From NCBI GenBank assembly GCA_040757695.1, contig JBFLWK010000005.1, positions 6,899 to 70,898 on the forward strand: 64,000 nucleotides of DNA, given 5' to 3'. This DNA is from Elusimicrobiota bacterium. GTDB lineage: Bacteria; Elusimicrobiota; UBA8919. Each line of letters opens with the position of its first letter. Positions within the stretch are counted from its first letter, which is position 1. A model generated the notes under the pieces. It did not search any database. It had not been told where the DNA came from and was given only the letters and a program-made list of their open reading frames with translations. This document shows, piece by piece, positions 29,130 to 39,612 of the stretch. The translations under genes were made by a program, and so were the position numbers.

Positions 29130-30245
29130 ATGACAGGATGGCAAACACTTAATTTATCTGATTTATTACCTTCTGAACTTGAGCCGTTAGTAAATCAGGC
29201 AGGTAATATTGCACAGAGTATTTCTGGTATTCTATCTAACATGGCCAGTGTAGTAGATACCATAACACCATTCATTGTAGATTATGTTGACCCTGTAGAA
29301 GTAATTGTTCAGAGTTTTGTTACAGAGGTGCAGAACTTTTTATCTGACTTAAAAAATACTGGAGTGTATCTGTTAGCAATACCAGGTCCAAAAACAGTTA
29401 AACAAAAACAGAGCACAGATAAGTTTTTTGAAGTTATAGAGAATTCATTTTATGATGTTGGAGATCCTGATAGACCGCAATTCAGTGAATCAGCAAGTAT
29501 TGCCGGAGTGGTCGTTCTTGTTGGCAGTTTTACTTTTTCTGGAATAGCAAATGATTTAAACAAGTTAGGTAGAGTATTTGGAATAAAAGATTTTTCAGAT
29601 GTTTTCAGAACAACCATTAAAAAACCACAACTTGTAACTCATTTGGTTTCTGCAGTGGAACCTTCCTTAAAGAAACAGAACTTAAAAGTTCAAACTACTG
29701 AAGGATTTGTACCTTCCGGAGCAGTTCTAATTGATGATGAAATAATTGAATATGAAGATAAAACTACTGATGAATTTATTAACTGCCGGGTTTTAAGGAA
29801 ACATCTGACAGGTGCTGAAGTCACTCCTGGATGGAAGTCATTTATAGGTGAGCCACCTGACTGGAACAGAACTAAAGTTATAGATTTATTTCCTTCTTTA
29901 GGAAATCTTTTAAGAACAATAGAATCATTTGTGAACAATGTATTACAGGCGCCAAAAGTATCTCAAGTAATCTCAAACTTCTCTAATTTACTTCAGGATA
30001 AGGCTAATACTTTATCTACTATTGCAAGTTATCTCAATGTAGCATTGAATAATTTAGTTAATGACTTCCCTGAGACAGGATTCAATATATTGAAAATAGC
30101 GCCTGTTACCGGTGGCAATAGAGCATTTATAGAAACAATGAAGAATGGAGAAAATAAACCACAATATTCAGAAGATGCTTATACAGCAGGAATAGTAATT
30201 GTTACAGGCAGTGCGGGTTATGAAGTCTTAGAAAAATTCTTCTAA
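29130..30245 (+). CDS. Hypothetical baseplate protein.
   Basis: 371 aa inside the baseplate block. Confidence 0.4.
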   Translation: MTGWQTLNLSDLLPSELEPLVNQAGNIAQSISGILSNMASVVDTITPFIVDYVDPVEVIVQSFVTEVQNFLSDLKNTGVYLLAIPGPKTVKQKQSTDKFFEVIENSFYDVGDPDRPQFSESASIAGVVVLVGSFTFSGIANDLNKLGRVFGIKDFSDVFRTTIKKPQLVTHLVSAVEPSLKKQNLKVQTTEGFVPSGAVLIDDEIIEYEDKTTDEFINCRVLRKHLTGAEVTPGWKSFIGEPPDWNRTKVIDLFPSLGNLLRTIESFVNNVLQAPKVSQVISNFSNLLQDKANTLSTIASYLNVALNNLVNDFPETGFNILKIAPVTGGNRAFIETMKNGENKPQYSEDAYTAGIVIVTGSAGYEVLEKFF

Positions 30246-30257
30246 CAGGAGACCGGA

Positions 30258-30851
30258 ATGAAAGCCATTAGCGATTTCTTTAAAGCAATACCGTCTGGAT
30301 TTAAGCAATTATTTATGAATGTTATGACAGATATCAGTGAAGATTCTTCACAGAGGTTACTTGATAACCTGAAAGAACGAATCAAGGAACTGGACGAAAA
30401 AATCATCAAAGCAAGAAGCAGACAGAAGGCATGGCGTTCTTCTCTTAATGACGCAGAGATGCTGATGGAACACCTTGTTAAATATTGTGAGACAAATTCT
30501 ACTGTTGATATAGAACTATTGAAAGATTTACTCGCAGGAAGAATAGATGATTTGAAGACACTCATTGTAAAATCTGACCCATTTGAATATGTAGAGAAAA
30601 AACGCACTCTTGAAGTGCTGTTAGCCAAACTAATCCAGAGACAGAAAATCGCTGAGATGATATTTAAAGAAGTTTATGCTCTTGAAAAGACCGAAGATGA
30701 AATACAGGAAACAAAAACTAAAACTTCTACTGATGACACAGTTCAAAAAGTGCCAGTAAATCCCACCTCTGTAAGCAGGAGCGGGGTAAACAAAACAATA
30801 AAAGAGATAGAAAAGAAACCTGCTGCAACAGAAAAACAAGGAGCGAACTAA
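30258..30851 (+). CDS. Coiled-coil hypothetical protein.
   Basis: 197 aa, rich in Glu/Lys/Leu heptads. Confidence 0.4.
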   Translation: MKAISDFFKAIPSGFKQLFMNVMTDISEDSSQRLLDNLKERIKELDEKIIKARSRQKAWRSSLNDAEMLMEHLVKYCETNSTVDIELLKDLLAGRIDDLKTLIVKSDPFEYVEKKRTLEVLLAKLIQRQKIAEMIFKEVYALEKTEDEIQETKTKTSTDDTVQKVPVNPTSVSRSGVNKTIKEIEKKPAATEKQGAN

Positions 30852-30854
30852 AAA

Positions 30855-31274
30855 ATGCCTGTTAAAAGAAAGTTTTTAGGTGCTGGATTAAAGTTTCCTT
30901 TTTCTATAAGTCCTGGCGGAACGAGTAAATCCGGGCTGGATACTTCAGAAGAAGAACAGCATGTTAATGAATCAATATTTCAGATACTTGCAGCCAGGCT
31001 TGGTGAACGGGTAATGAGACGTGATTTCGGTTCAAGACTGCAGGAGATACCTTTTGAGCCAACAGATGATGCTACTATATCTTTAATAAAACATTTTGTA
31101 ATTGATTCATTAAGAAAATGGGAACGAAGAGTTGAAGTCAATGATATAGACATAGAAACAAGATCAAAGGAAGGTAGGATAGAAGTGAAGTTATCAATCA
31201 GATACATAAAAACCAACAGAGTGGGCAACTTTGTATACCCATTTTTTCTTACTGGTGGAGCAGTTAGCATATGA
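30855..31274 (+). CDS. Baseplate wedge protein gpW / gp25-like.
   Basis: ESIFQILAARLGERVMRRDFGSRLQEIPFEP matches the GPW_gp25 signature. 139 aa. Confidence 0.8.
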   Translation: MPVKRKFLGAGLKFPFSISPGGTSKSGLDTSEEEQHVNESIFQILAARLGERVMRRDFGSRLQEIPFEPTDDATISLIKHFVIDSLRKWERRVEVNDIDIETRSKEGRIEVKLSIRYIKTNRVGNFVYPFFLTGGAVSI

Positions 31275-32959
31275 CAGAAGAACTAAAAGTTCCACAGGTA
31301 GACTATTCAAGTAGAGATTATGAATCAATCATTTCTGACCTGATTGCCAAAATACCGTTTTATGTAGAAGAATGGACTGATTTTAATCCTTCGGACCTCG
31401 GAATAGTACTGTTAGAACTATTCTCTTATACTGCTGATGGACTACACTATTATGTTGACCGTATGTTAAATGAGGCATTCCTGCCTACAGCAGTCCAGAG
31501 ACAGAGTGTAATAAATCTTTTAAAGTTAATAGGTTACACAATGTTCAGTGCAGTTCCAGCAAGTGTCAATTTAGAATTTAATTTAGGTGAAGTAAAACCC
31601 AGAGATATATTGATTCCGAAAGGGACAAGAATACAGACTGCAGGTGGTTCACCACTTATTTTTGAAACAACAGATGATTTGATAATTCCTGCTGGTGAAC
31701 TTACAGGTGAAATAACTGCTATTGAAGGTGAAACAAAGCAGGAAGATGTAGGTATTTCTAATGGTGATATGAACCAGAAATTCTCATTAGAAGGTGTACC
31801 AATAATTGATGGTACATTAAAGATATTTATTGATGAAGGTGCAGGGGATGTCTTATGGAATGAAGCAAAATATTTTGTTGATGTGGGACCTAATGAACAG
31901 AAATACTGCACTACAAGAGATGCTGAAGATAAAATAACCATTATGTTTGGGGATGGTATAAATGGCAGAATACCTAAAAACGGTGCAAAAATAAATGCAG
32001 AATACAGAATAGGTGGTGGTAAGAGAGGCAATGTCGGAGCAAATACAATCACTCAGGTGCTGGATACAATAATGCTTGAAGGGGTACCTATAACAATTGA
32101 TGTAACAAATCCACTGGCGTCTTCTGGTGGAGCAGATAAAGAAACAATAGAACATGCAAAAAAATATTCACCATTGCAGTTACGAGGGCAGAACCGAGCT
32201 GTCTCACTTTCAGATTATATCTGGTTAGCAGAAGGCTATCCTGGGGTATTAAAAGCAACAGTCCGTGCTTTAGTATATAAGGTCTGGGTAACAATTGTCC
32301 CTGAAGGTGGCGGATATCCATCTGAAGTTTTAAAGACAGGATTATTAGAGTATTTGAATGAACGTAAAACTATAACCACACAGGTTTATATTGAAGATCC
32401 GAAATATGTTGAAATAGATTTATCCGCAGATATTGTATGTAAGGGAAACTTTAAAAAAGCAGATGTAGAAAATAATGTATATGAAGCAGTAAACAATTTC
32501 TTTGCAATTGAGAATGTAGATTTTGAGCAACGAATAAATATCAGTGATATGTATGCATTGCTTGATGGAACAGAAGGTGTTGACTATTTAACAATGAAAA
32601 AACTTATGATGCATCCGTTGGTTTATATTGGCAGACAGTCAGCAACAGCAGAATTTAAAGATATCACTGTGAAAGAAAACATAAAGACAGAAGAATGGAC
32701 AATAAATATGATTAGCAGAACTCAATTTACTGTTGAAGGTACTGTAAGTGGTTTACAGACAAATACTGGAACTATTGGAACTAAATATACAACTGATAAC
32801 GGTGAACTTGAATTTATTCTATCTGTGCTTGTGGGTGAATTATCTGTTGATGACTGGTGGATAATAAGAGTCAGTCAGTGGTTAGGTAATGTGATGATTA
32901 AACAGAATGAATTACCAGCAAAAGGTATTGTCCAATTCAATATTACAGGGGGAATTTAA
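31271..32959 (+). CDS. Baseplate J-like protein.
   Basis: 562 aa, follows gp25-like in the conserved W-J-I order. Confidence 0.6.
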   Translation: MTEELKVPQVDYSSRDYESIISDLIAKIPFYVEEWTDFNPSDLGIVLLELFSYTADGLHYYVDRMLNEAFLPTAVQRQSVINLLKLIGYTMFSAVPASVNLEFNLGEVKPRDILIPKGTRIQTAGGSPLIFETTDDLIIPAGELTGEITAIEGETKQEDVGISNGDMNQKFSLEGVPIIDGTLKIFIDEGAGDVLWNEAKYFVDVGPNEQKYCTTRDAEDKITIMFGDGINGRIPKNGAKINAEYRIGGGKRGNVGANTITQVLDTIMLEGVPITIDVTNPLASSGGADKETIEHAKKYSPLQLRGQNRAVSLSDYIWLAEGYPGVLKATVRALVYKVWVTIVPEGGGYPSEVLKTGLLEYLNERKTITTQVYIEDPKYVEIDLSADIVCKGNFKKADVENNVYEAVNNFFAIENVDFEQRINISDMYALLDGTEGVDYLTMKKLMMHPLVYIGRQSATAEFKDITVKENIKTEEWTINMISRTQFTVEGTVSGLQTNTGTIGTKYTTDNGELEFILSVLVGELSVDDWWIIRVSQWLGNVMIKQNELPAKGIVQFNITGGI

Positions 32960-33894
32960 TGCCGGCAGAAAGAGGATGGTTAGCACCTGCTGACTTTAAA
33001 GCAGGTGAAGTAGACGAAGGTGGAGCAATAGATTTATCCTGGCAGAATCCTGCTGCTACTGACTGGGTAATAACTAAAATATACAGGAGTATAGGTTGTT
33101 ATGTAACCGACCCTTATGACTGGCGAGGTAAGTTAGTTTATGAAGGTAAAGGAACAAAATACAGGGATGAAAATTTAGAACCTTTACGGGTTTATTATTA
33201 TGTTGCATTCGGGTTTGATACTGATGGAAACTACGGTGCACTGTGTTTCAGTAGAGACTGGGCTTTAGTAGTAAAAGACTACAAGTATGAAGATTGGTTA
33301 TATTCACATTTACCTGCAATATATCGTCAGTATGATACTCAAGATAAAGTATTGAAAAGATTCTTAAGACTACCAGCATTAAAACTGAACGTAATCAGGT
33401 CATTCATTGAAGCATTTCCGCAGATGATAGATGCGGATACCTGTCCTGTTGACTATTTATGGGCAATAGCACAGTTGTTAGGAGTTGACCTTGAAGCGGT
33501 TCTTACAACACAGGAACAGAGAGCACATGTCAAAACCATACTTGATGCACGCTCATGGAAAGGTACACTCAGAGCATTGGAATATCGTCTGCGCTGGTTT
33601 CTCAAATGGAATGTATATGCTCGTGAAGGTTTTGAAAGAGTCATGATTACAAACAGGCAGGACCGAAGAACAGGCAGTTTGAAATATGTTGACCTACTTC
33701 GCAAGGAAGATGACCGTGCTGGATATGTAGCAGCAACGCGTGGTGGCTATGCTGCTGTTGATTCTGTGAATGTGTATATTTATGTTGACCCTGAAGATGT
33801 TCTGAAAGAAACTAAAAAAGAACGAGTTCCTGTATATGAAGAAGACTGGTTACCTGTTGGAGTTTATCCATATAACATATTTGTTGAGGTTTAA
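32959..33894 (+). CDS. Baseplate gpI-like protein.
   Basis: 311 aa. Position J to I to fiber. Confidence 0.45.
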   Translation: MPAERGWLAPADFKAGEVDEGGAIDLSWQNPAATDWVITKIYRSIGCYVTDPYDWRGKLVYEGKGTKYRDENLEPLRVYYYVAFGFDTDGNYGALCFSRDWALVVKDYKYEDWLYSHLPAIYRQYDTQDKVLKRFLRLPALKLNVIRSFIEAFPQMIDADTCPVDYLWAIAQLLGVDLEAVLTTQEQRAHVKTILDARSWKGTLRALEYRLRWFLKWNVYAREGFERVMITNRQDRRTGSLKYVDLLRKEDDRAGYVAATRGGYAAVDSVNVYIYVDPEDVLKETKKERVPVYEEDWLPVGVYPYNIFVEV

Positions 33895-33897
33895 ACT

Positions 33898-36306
33898 ATG
33901 CCATTAAAATTTGGTGTTTCTAAAGATTCATTTAATGAACTAAAGAATTTTGATTTTCTTGTTTTACAGCAGGACGTTCCTTGGCTTGATAGTGATTTCA
34001 ATGAAATGCAAGAAATCTTTAGAAATAAGCGTATTAAGATTTTACAGGACTTGTATCAGAATGGTGTAAACGGTGTCCCTGAAGATGACTTTAAGATATC
34101 CGCATCAGCAATAAATCAAACACAGAATTTTCTCATAAAGAAAGGCAGAGCATATATTAACGGGAAGATACTTGAACAGCATGAAGATTTTGAATATATA
34201 GACCGTGCTAATGTTTTATACGGTGTAACAAGGTTTGAACAGGATATAGACTGGTCAAAGTCAGATATATGGCTATGGTTATATCCGGAAGAAATTCTGA
34301 TAACAGAAGATGATGACCCTGCTATTGTCAATGCCGGGTTTGGTGAGACCTGTGGCAGGAAAAAGATTGTAAATGTGATTTATCCTGATTATACAGGTGC
34401 TGATTTATCTGCAACAAAAGGAATTCGGTTAGCAAAGATAACTCCTCAGAGTGGTGGAATTGTTACTGAATTCAGCATTCAGGACTTGCGTGAAGAAAAG
34501 AAAATACATGCTGAATTAGCAAAAGTTATTGACCAGACAGATATTCGTCCTGATACAACCGAGCAGGATACATGGGATGGTTCAATTGATACCTTACTGA
34601 ATAATCTCAACCGGATACGCAGTAAAATAAAAGAAATACTTGGTGGAACCAACTGGAAAGATCCATATCCATTTAATTTACGCACTGGCGGACAGGTAAC
34701 TGGCAGTATATTTACTAAATCAGGTGGAACTGTAGGAACAGAAAGTCCTGATGGTTTAATCAGTTCATTCTTAAGAACATTTAACAATTTAGTTGATATT
34801 AAAATTGATGGAACAGTGGGCAGTGACTTTCGGTTTGCTATTCGTTTCCCTGACGGTTCAGAATATTTAACCATAAAAGCAAATGGTTATGTTGGAATAA
34901 AACAGCCTCTCCCGTCTTACGGTCTGGATGTAAATGAGTCAGCCCGTATTGTCAATGATTTATATGCTAACCATGATTTCTGGCTAACAAACAGGTTTTT
35001 AATTTCTGCTACTGATAGATGGTGGTCAATAGAACGTTCAGGCCAGGGATTAAAAATCAGAGATAATAATGTCGGTGATAGATTAACAATTGATGCCAAC
35101 GGTATTTTAAGTTTTTTAGGTCCGACTTTAGATATAGGTGCAAACAAAATCAGGTTCTCACAGGAGAGTGATTTTGCTGATATTTACCTGAAGAGGTTCG
35201 GTACAGACCGTGTTGATTTGCAGATAGAATTCGGTGATAATGATACTGAAAGATTGATAATCTCACAGAATGCATCTTCCGGTAGTGGCTGGAAAGACCT
35301 GCTAATTCTAACAAGAACTCTCTTGCAACTGTATGCAGGGCTGGAAATAAGTGATAATGTTTCTGCACAGGGAATTTATTCGTCAGGAAAATTAGAATCA
35401 GGAAGCATAGTAGATTTACCTTATGCTGGTGGTAGTAAATCCAGCAATGCATTAACCTGGCGAGGAAACTGTGGAATTTATTTATCAAGTGGAATATGTC
35501 TGGAAACTGATGCTGGTAATCCTGCTGTTAAGCTAATGCCTGCGGGTGTGACAAAAGCGTATGCTGATAATGATGGATTTGTTATTTCCGGTCGTCTGTC
35601 AACAGGACATATTTATCAACCAGGATACAATTATATTTATCCAGGACGTGCAGAAAATAGTGCTTCTCAATCCAGCTGGTATTTAGCATCGCATGGTTCA
35701 TACGGCTTATATTCAAATACTGGTTTATATTTGGGTGGCGATTTATGGTGTGGTACTATTGCCAGTCGTGGATATATTGAATCCCATCGGTTTGAAAATC
35801 ATGATAAACCATTTGAATTTTTGAAATCAACATCACTCGGTGCAAATGGTTGGATATACCATGAATATTATGGTAACTGGGGTATATATCATAATAATGA
35901 CGATGACCGGATTGAGTTCTGCAAGGATTCTTCAGGAGCAAGGGATGTTAAAGTATATATTGATTTATTATACGGTCATGTGGTGGCAGACAGCGAAATT
36001 AGAGCTAATCAGTTTTTTGCTAACAGCACAAGTTATTTAGCTGAGACTTACTTGAATGGAATCTTATGGATGCAGGATAACAGAGATATAAGAATGGGTA
36101 AAAATGCTGTTCTTTATCCAGGCAGAGTTGATGGAAGTGGTGGTTACCAGAGTAGCTGGTATTTAGGTTCACACAGCAGCTATGGATTATACACGAATAC
36201 AGGTTTATATATAGCAGGAAGTTTGTGGGTAGCAGGAACTTTAAATGCAACAGTAAGTTATGCAAGTCGTGCTGGTTATGCTGACTATGCATATTATGCT
36301 TCGTAA
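33898..36306 (+). CDS. Tail fiber protein with a duplicated C-terminal module.
   Basis: 802 aa, last structural gene. Two related repeats SSWYLASHGSYGLYSNTGLYLGGDLW and SSWYLGSHSSYGLYTNTGLYIAGSLW. Confidence 0.7.
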   Translation: MPLKFGVSKDSFNELKNFDFLVLQQDVPWLDSDFNEMQEIFRNKRIKILQDLYQNGVNGVPEDDFKISASAINQTQNFLIKKGRAYINGKILEQHEDFEYIDRANVLYGVTRFEQDIDWSKSDIWLWLYPEEILITEDDDPAIVNAGFGETCGRKKIVNVIYPDYTGADLSATKGIRLAKITPQSGGIVTEFSIQDLREEKKIHAELAKVIDQTDIRPDTTEQDTWDGSIDTLLNNLNRIRSKIKEILGGTNWKDPYPFNLRTGGQVTGSIFTKSGGTVGTESPDGLISSFLRTFNNLVDIKIDGTVGSDFRFAIRFPDGSEYLTIKANGYVGIKQPLPSYGLDVNESARIVNDLYANHDFWLTNRFLISATDRWWSIERSGQGLKIRDNNVGDRLTIDANGILSFLGPTLDIGANKIRFSQESDFADIYLKRFGTDRVDLQIEFGDNDTERLIISQNASSGSGWKDLLILTRTLLQLYAGLEISDNVSAQGIYSSGKLESGSIVDLPYAGGSKSSNALTWRGNCGIYLSSGICLETDAGNPAVKLMPAGVTKAYADNDGFVISGRLSTGHIYQPGYNYIYPGRAENSASQSSWYLASHGSYGLYSNTGLYLGGDLWCGTIASRGYIESHRFENHDKPFEFLKSTSLGANGWIYHEYYGNWGIYHNNDDDRIEFCKDSSGARDVKVYIDLLYGHVVADSEIRANQFFANSTSYLAETYLNGILWMQDNRDIRMGKNAVLYPGRVDGSGGYQSSWYLGSHSSYGLYTNTGLYIAGSLWVAGTLNATVSYASRAGYADYAYYAS

Positions 36307-36327
36307 CCAAAAGGAGGCGTATTATAA

Positions 36328-36594
36328 ATGGGCAGTTGTAGAAAAGATGTATGGAGTGACTGGTGTGGAGAATATTCCTGGCATTATTATTTACAGTGGG
36401 GTGCTGGAAGTTTTACGGATGACCCTGTCAGCACATCAACAAAAATCAGGGTATCGCATATGAATGAGTTAAGAGATAAACTGAAAAGTTTAAACAGTGT
36501 TGGAACAAACTGCTGGAAATGCTGGTGTCATAACAGATGTACCTGTGATGCGAAGTGTCACTGTGATTGTCATCATTCACACTGGTGGTCATAA
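36328..36594 (+). CDS. Cys/His-rich small protein, a candidate RiPP precursor. Core reads CWKCWCHNRCTCDAKCHCDCHHSHWWS.
   Basis: AAGGAGG RBS 7 nt before the ATG. 10 Cys and 6 His in the last 30 residues. Lies immediately upstream of radical SAM enzymes. Confidence 0.55.
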   Translation: MGSCRKDVWSDWCGEYSWHYYLQWGAGSFTDDPVSTSTKIRVSHMNELRDKLKSLNSVGTNCWKCWCHNRCTCDAKCHCDCHHSHWWS

Positions 36595-36609
36595 TAGAAG
36601 GACATTACG

Positions 36610-38886
36610 ATGTTAAATAAAATCTGGTTATCAGTCACAGATAGGTGTAACCTGAACTGTAAGTACTGTTATGTTCAGAAAAAGTTCGGTCATATGTCTT
36701 TAGATGTAGCAAAACAATCTGTAATTTTTTTATGTGAAAATTCAGAGCAAGATGAAGTAGCAGTTAATTTTTTTGGTGGTGAACCTTTTATGAACTTTGA
36801 AGTTATAAAAGGTTTAATTTTGTATGGTAAAGAAGCCGGAGAAAAATATGGCAAAAACATCAAGTTTGTAATCTCAACGAATGGCACCTTGTTTACAGAT
36901 GATAAAATGGAATTTTTAAGGAAATATAAGAATACAATAGAGATTGATTTTAGTTTAGATGGAATATGTTCAAGGCAGGACCGCAACAGACCTGCGGGAG
37001 AAGTAGGCAGTTACAGAATGATAGTTGAAAATGATGTGTTAGAGAAAATCAAAGAATTCGATAATGTTGTCTATATAACAATCCTACCAGATAATATAAA
37101 AGGATTAGCAGAAGATGTTGAAGAACTGCACAGGAAAGGATTCAACAGATTTAGGATACAGACCGCAATAAATGTTTTCGGCAATATAGAGTGGAAAGAA
37201 CAAGACCTTAATCAGTATGAGAATGAATTAGAAAAAATCGGCGAGTTATTTATACAGCACTATCTTAAACCTGACTGTCTACAAATATTGGGCTGGAACG
37301 ACTATATAGAGGGAACAGTTAAAGGAGATTATGATGGCTGTGTAGCAACATTAGGAGCAGTTAATATTTACCCGAATGGAGATGTGTATCCCTGCGACTA
37401 TTTTTATCAGACAACAGACGAAAAATGGAAGTTAGGAAATATCTTTAATGAAGTAAATTTAGGTAGGAGGAAGAAGTTAGATAAACTTGTTGAAGAGATG
37501 GTGATAGAAAACGGCTGTTATAAATGTGAGTCATCAGGTAACTGTTTTGAAAAATGTATAGCAGTATTCCTGCAGCATAATAAAAAGAAATACTGCCAGC
37601 AAGAAGTTTCAAAAATAAGAATAAAGGTTTTAGACAAAATAAAAGAAAAATTAAAACCCTGGTCTTTCAGATTTTCAAATTTAGAATTATATGTCACAGA
37701 CAAATGTAATCTGAAATGCGATTACTGTTTTGAGAAATTCAGAAAGCCAGATACTATGTCATTAGAAACCTTAAAGAGAGCCACACAGATAGGTTTTGCA
37801 CGAGCAGAAACCGACAAATTAGATATAACATTTTTTGGCGGAGAACCGATGTTAGAATGGCCATTATTGAAGAAATACATTTTATGGGTTTTAGATGAAG
37901 TCAAAAAATATAAAAAGAAAACTGCATTTATAATGACAACAAATGGTATGTTCTGGAATGATGATATAGAAGAATTTATGAAGAACCACAGTGAAGTAAT
38001 TTTCTGGCAGGTAAGTTTAGACGGAATAAAAAAAATAAATGATAGACACAGAGGTAAAGGAACAACAGATACAGTTGTAGAAAACTTAAAGAAAGCAAGG
38101 AAAATATTCACTGGCTCAAATATAGGAATCAGGGCAACACTGTTACCGGATAGCGTGAAATATCTGTCAGATTCCTGTCGGTTCTTCTGGGAAGATTTGG
38201 GTATCAGAGGATTCTCATTTGCACCGGCTTTTGAATTAAACTGGAAAAAAGAAGATTTGGCTACATTAGCAGACCAGTTAGAGAAAGCATTAGATGTAAT
38301 TGAATTCGGAATAAAAGAAAGAGATGTAATAAATGAGTTCATAAATATTATCGACAGGCCATTAGAATGTAATTCTGGTGGCAGATGCGGTGCTGGAAGA
38401 GGAATGTTATCAGTTACACCTGATGGCAGTATTTATCCGTGCCACAGGTTTTATTGCAGTAATACAAGATACAGGTTAGGAGATGTCTGGAATGGAATTC
38501 AGGATTATGACAGATATGAATTTTTCAGAAGATTAGAAAAAAGGCATTTTATTAAATGCAGTGATTGTGAAATAAGTTATTGCTGTGCCTGTATGGCAAC
38601 GAGTGAAGAAATGACAGGCTCAATACTATTACCTGCAATTTCAGGCTGTCAGGTGTTTGAAGTGATAGATAAAGTTATGTGGTTAAAAGGCTGGCCAAGA
38701 ATAAAAAAAGGAGAAGGTGATTATTCAACAGGGCTGAAAGGAGAAATAGAGATTAAATTAAAAAACGGTACCTTAAAAGCGGTAGATAGAAATGATTTGG
38801 TGGTGCAGACACTAAATAGATTATTAGATGATCAGATGAGTATGCGAGAAAGAATAAACAAAATCAAAGCAGAATTAGGAATATAA
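36610..38886 (+). CDS. Tandem (double) radical SAM / SPASM-domain enzyme, a candidate peptide maturase.
   Basis: Two CxxxCxxC sites (CNLNCKYC, CNLKCDYC), each followed by FFGGEP, DG…DxxR, and SPASM Cys clusters (…CESSGNCFEKC and CNSGGRCGAG…CSDCEISYCCAC). Confidence 0.9.
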   Translation: MLNKIWLSVTDRCNLNCKYCYVQKKFGHMSLDVAKQSVIFLCENSEQDEVAVNFFGGEPFMNFEVIKGLILYGKEAGEKYGKNIKFVISTNGTLFTDDKMEFLRKYKNTIEIDFSLDGICSRQDRNRPAGEVGSYRMIVENDVLEKIKEFDNVVYITILPDNIKGLAEDVEELHRKGFNRFRIQTAINVFGNIEWKEQDLNQYENELEKIGELFIQHYLKPDCLQILGWNDYIEGTVKGDYDGCVATLGAVNIYPNGDVYPCDYFYQTTDEKWKLGNIFNEVNLGRRKKLDKLVEEMVIENGCYKCESSGNCFEKCIAVFLQHNKKKYCQQEVSKIRIKVLDKIKEKLKPWSFRFSNLELYVTDKCNLKCDYCFEKFRKPDTMSLETLKRATQIGFARAETDKLDITFFGGEPMLEWPLLKKYILWVLDEVKKYKKKTAFIMTTNGMFWNDDIEEFMKNHSEVIFWQVSLDGIKKINDRHRGKGTTDTVVENLKKARKIFTGSNIGIRATLLPDSVKYLSDSCRFFWEDLGIRGFSFAPAFELNWKKEDLATLADQLEKALDVIEFGIKERDVINEFINIIDRPLECNSGGRCGAGRGMLSVTPDGSIYPCHRFYCSNTRYRLGDVWNGIQDYDRYEFFRRLEKRHFIKCSDCEISYCCACMATSEEMTGSILLPAISGCQVFEVIDKVMWLKGWPRIKKGEGDYSTGLKGEIEIKLKNGTLKAVDRNDLVVQTLNRLLDDQMSMRERINKIKAELGI

Positions 38887-38887
38887 A

Positions 38888-39118
38888 ATGGAACAAAAAG
38901 AAAAGTATGAGGATATTGTTATCAAAGGATTATGTAGGGTTCTTGATAATCAAAAAGAAATAGTAGAAGAAATAGATAGATTACATAAATTAATTCAGGA
39001 AATCAAGAGGATCGCTGTTGCGACGAATAGGGAGCAACAGTTTTGCGGCGGGCGAGTGACGACACGAGCCCGGGGAGAACAAAATGGATGTAGAATATTC
39101 GAGAATGAAAATGGCTGA
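38888..39118 (+). CDS. Small hypothetical ORF. Its 3' half is GC-rich and structured, so coding status is uncertain.
   Basis: ATG abuts the rSAM stop. The distal part coincides with the hairpins listed above. Confidence 0.3.
   Translation: MEQKEKYEDIVIKGLCRVLDNQKEIVEEIDRLHKLIQEIKRIAVATNREQQFCGGRVTTRARGEQNGCRIFENENG
39015..39075 (+). terminator. Terminator-like hairpin (ctgttgc / gcaacag + TTTT) followed by a second GC-rich hairpin just before the 39084 start. Possible attenuator.
   Basis: 7-bp stem 39015-39021 / 39034-39040, then TTTT 39041-39044. A GC-rich island sits in otherwise AT-rich DNA and overlaps the tail of the 38888 ORF. Confidence 0.4.
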
Positions 39119-39611
39119 AGAATATTTCAACTTGTCTGCTATAAACCAGGCAGATATTAAAACTTATGTAGAAGGCCTAACAGATATCTATCCTGGTAAA
39201 TGGACAAATATAAGAGATTATATTGTCACAACAAAAGGATGTTCAAAAAATTTAGCTTTTGCAATAATGACACACGAATTATATGTTGACAAAGTGAATG
39301 GTATTGTCACTGAGGCAATTATGAATGACTTAATTTCATGGCTAAATACAAACGAGAATACTGAGTATTTAAACAATTACTGGCTTCATTCTTTAATAGG
39401 TTTATTATATTTACATTTCGGTAATGCAGAAAAAGGTATAGCCTGGTACAGACATGCACTCAAAATATATTTTGATAAAGTGGATACAGATAAAAATGCT
39501 ACTGATTCTGCATGGAAAGAAAAAATAGAAGAAGTAGTTAGTACATTAGAAAAAGCAATTTTAGACGGAAACATAAATAGATACGTTCCATTAGAGGATG
39601 TTATAGTATGA
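39084..39611 (+). CDS. Hypothetical helical (TPR-like) protein inside the rSAM cluster.
   Basis: 175-aa ORF, RBS ggggaga. Helical repeat-like …YWLHSLIGLLYLHFGNAEKGIAWYRHALKIY. Confidence 0.45.
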   Translation: MDVEYSRMKMAEEYFNLSAINQADIKTYVEGLTDIYPGKWTNIRDYIVTTKGCSKNLAFAIMTHELYVDKVNGIVTEAIMNDLISWLNTNENTEYLNNYWLHSLIGLLYLHFGNAEKGIAWYRHALKIYFDKVDTDKNATDSAWKEKIEEVVSTLEKAILDGNINRYVPLEDVIV

Positions 39612-39612
39612 A

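Noticed and set aside
35750-36320. Several His/Tyr/Cys-rich ORFs on both strands (for example 35150..35488 -, 36020..36310 -, 36260..36463 +).
   Set aside because: They overlap the tail-fiber gene and the precursor-peptide gene in alternative frames and reflect the repetitive Tyr/Gly/Ser codon content there, so they are not called.
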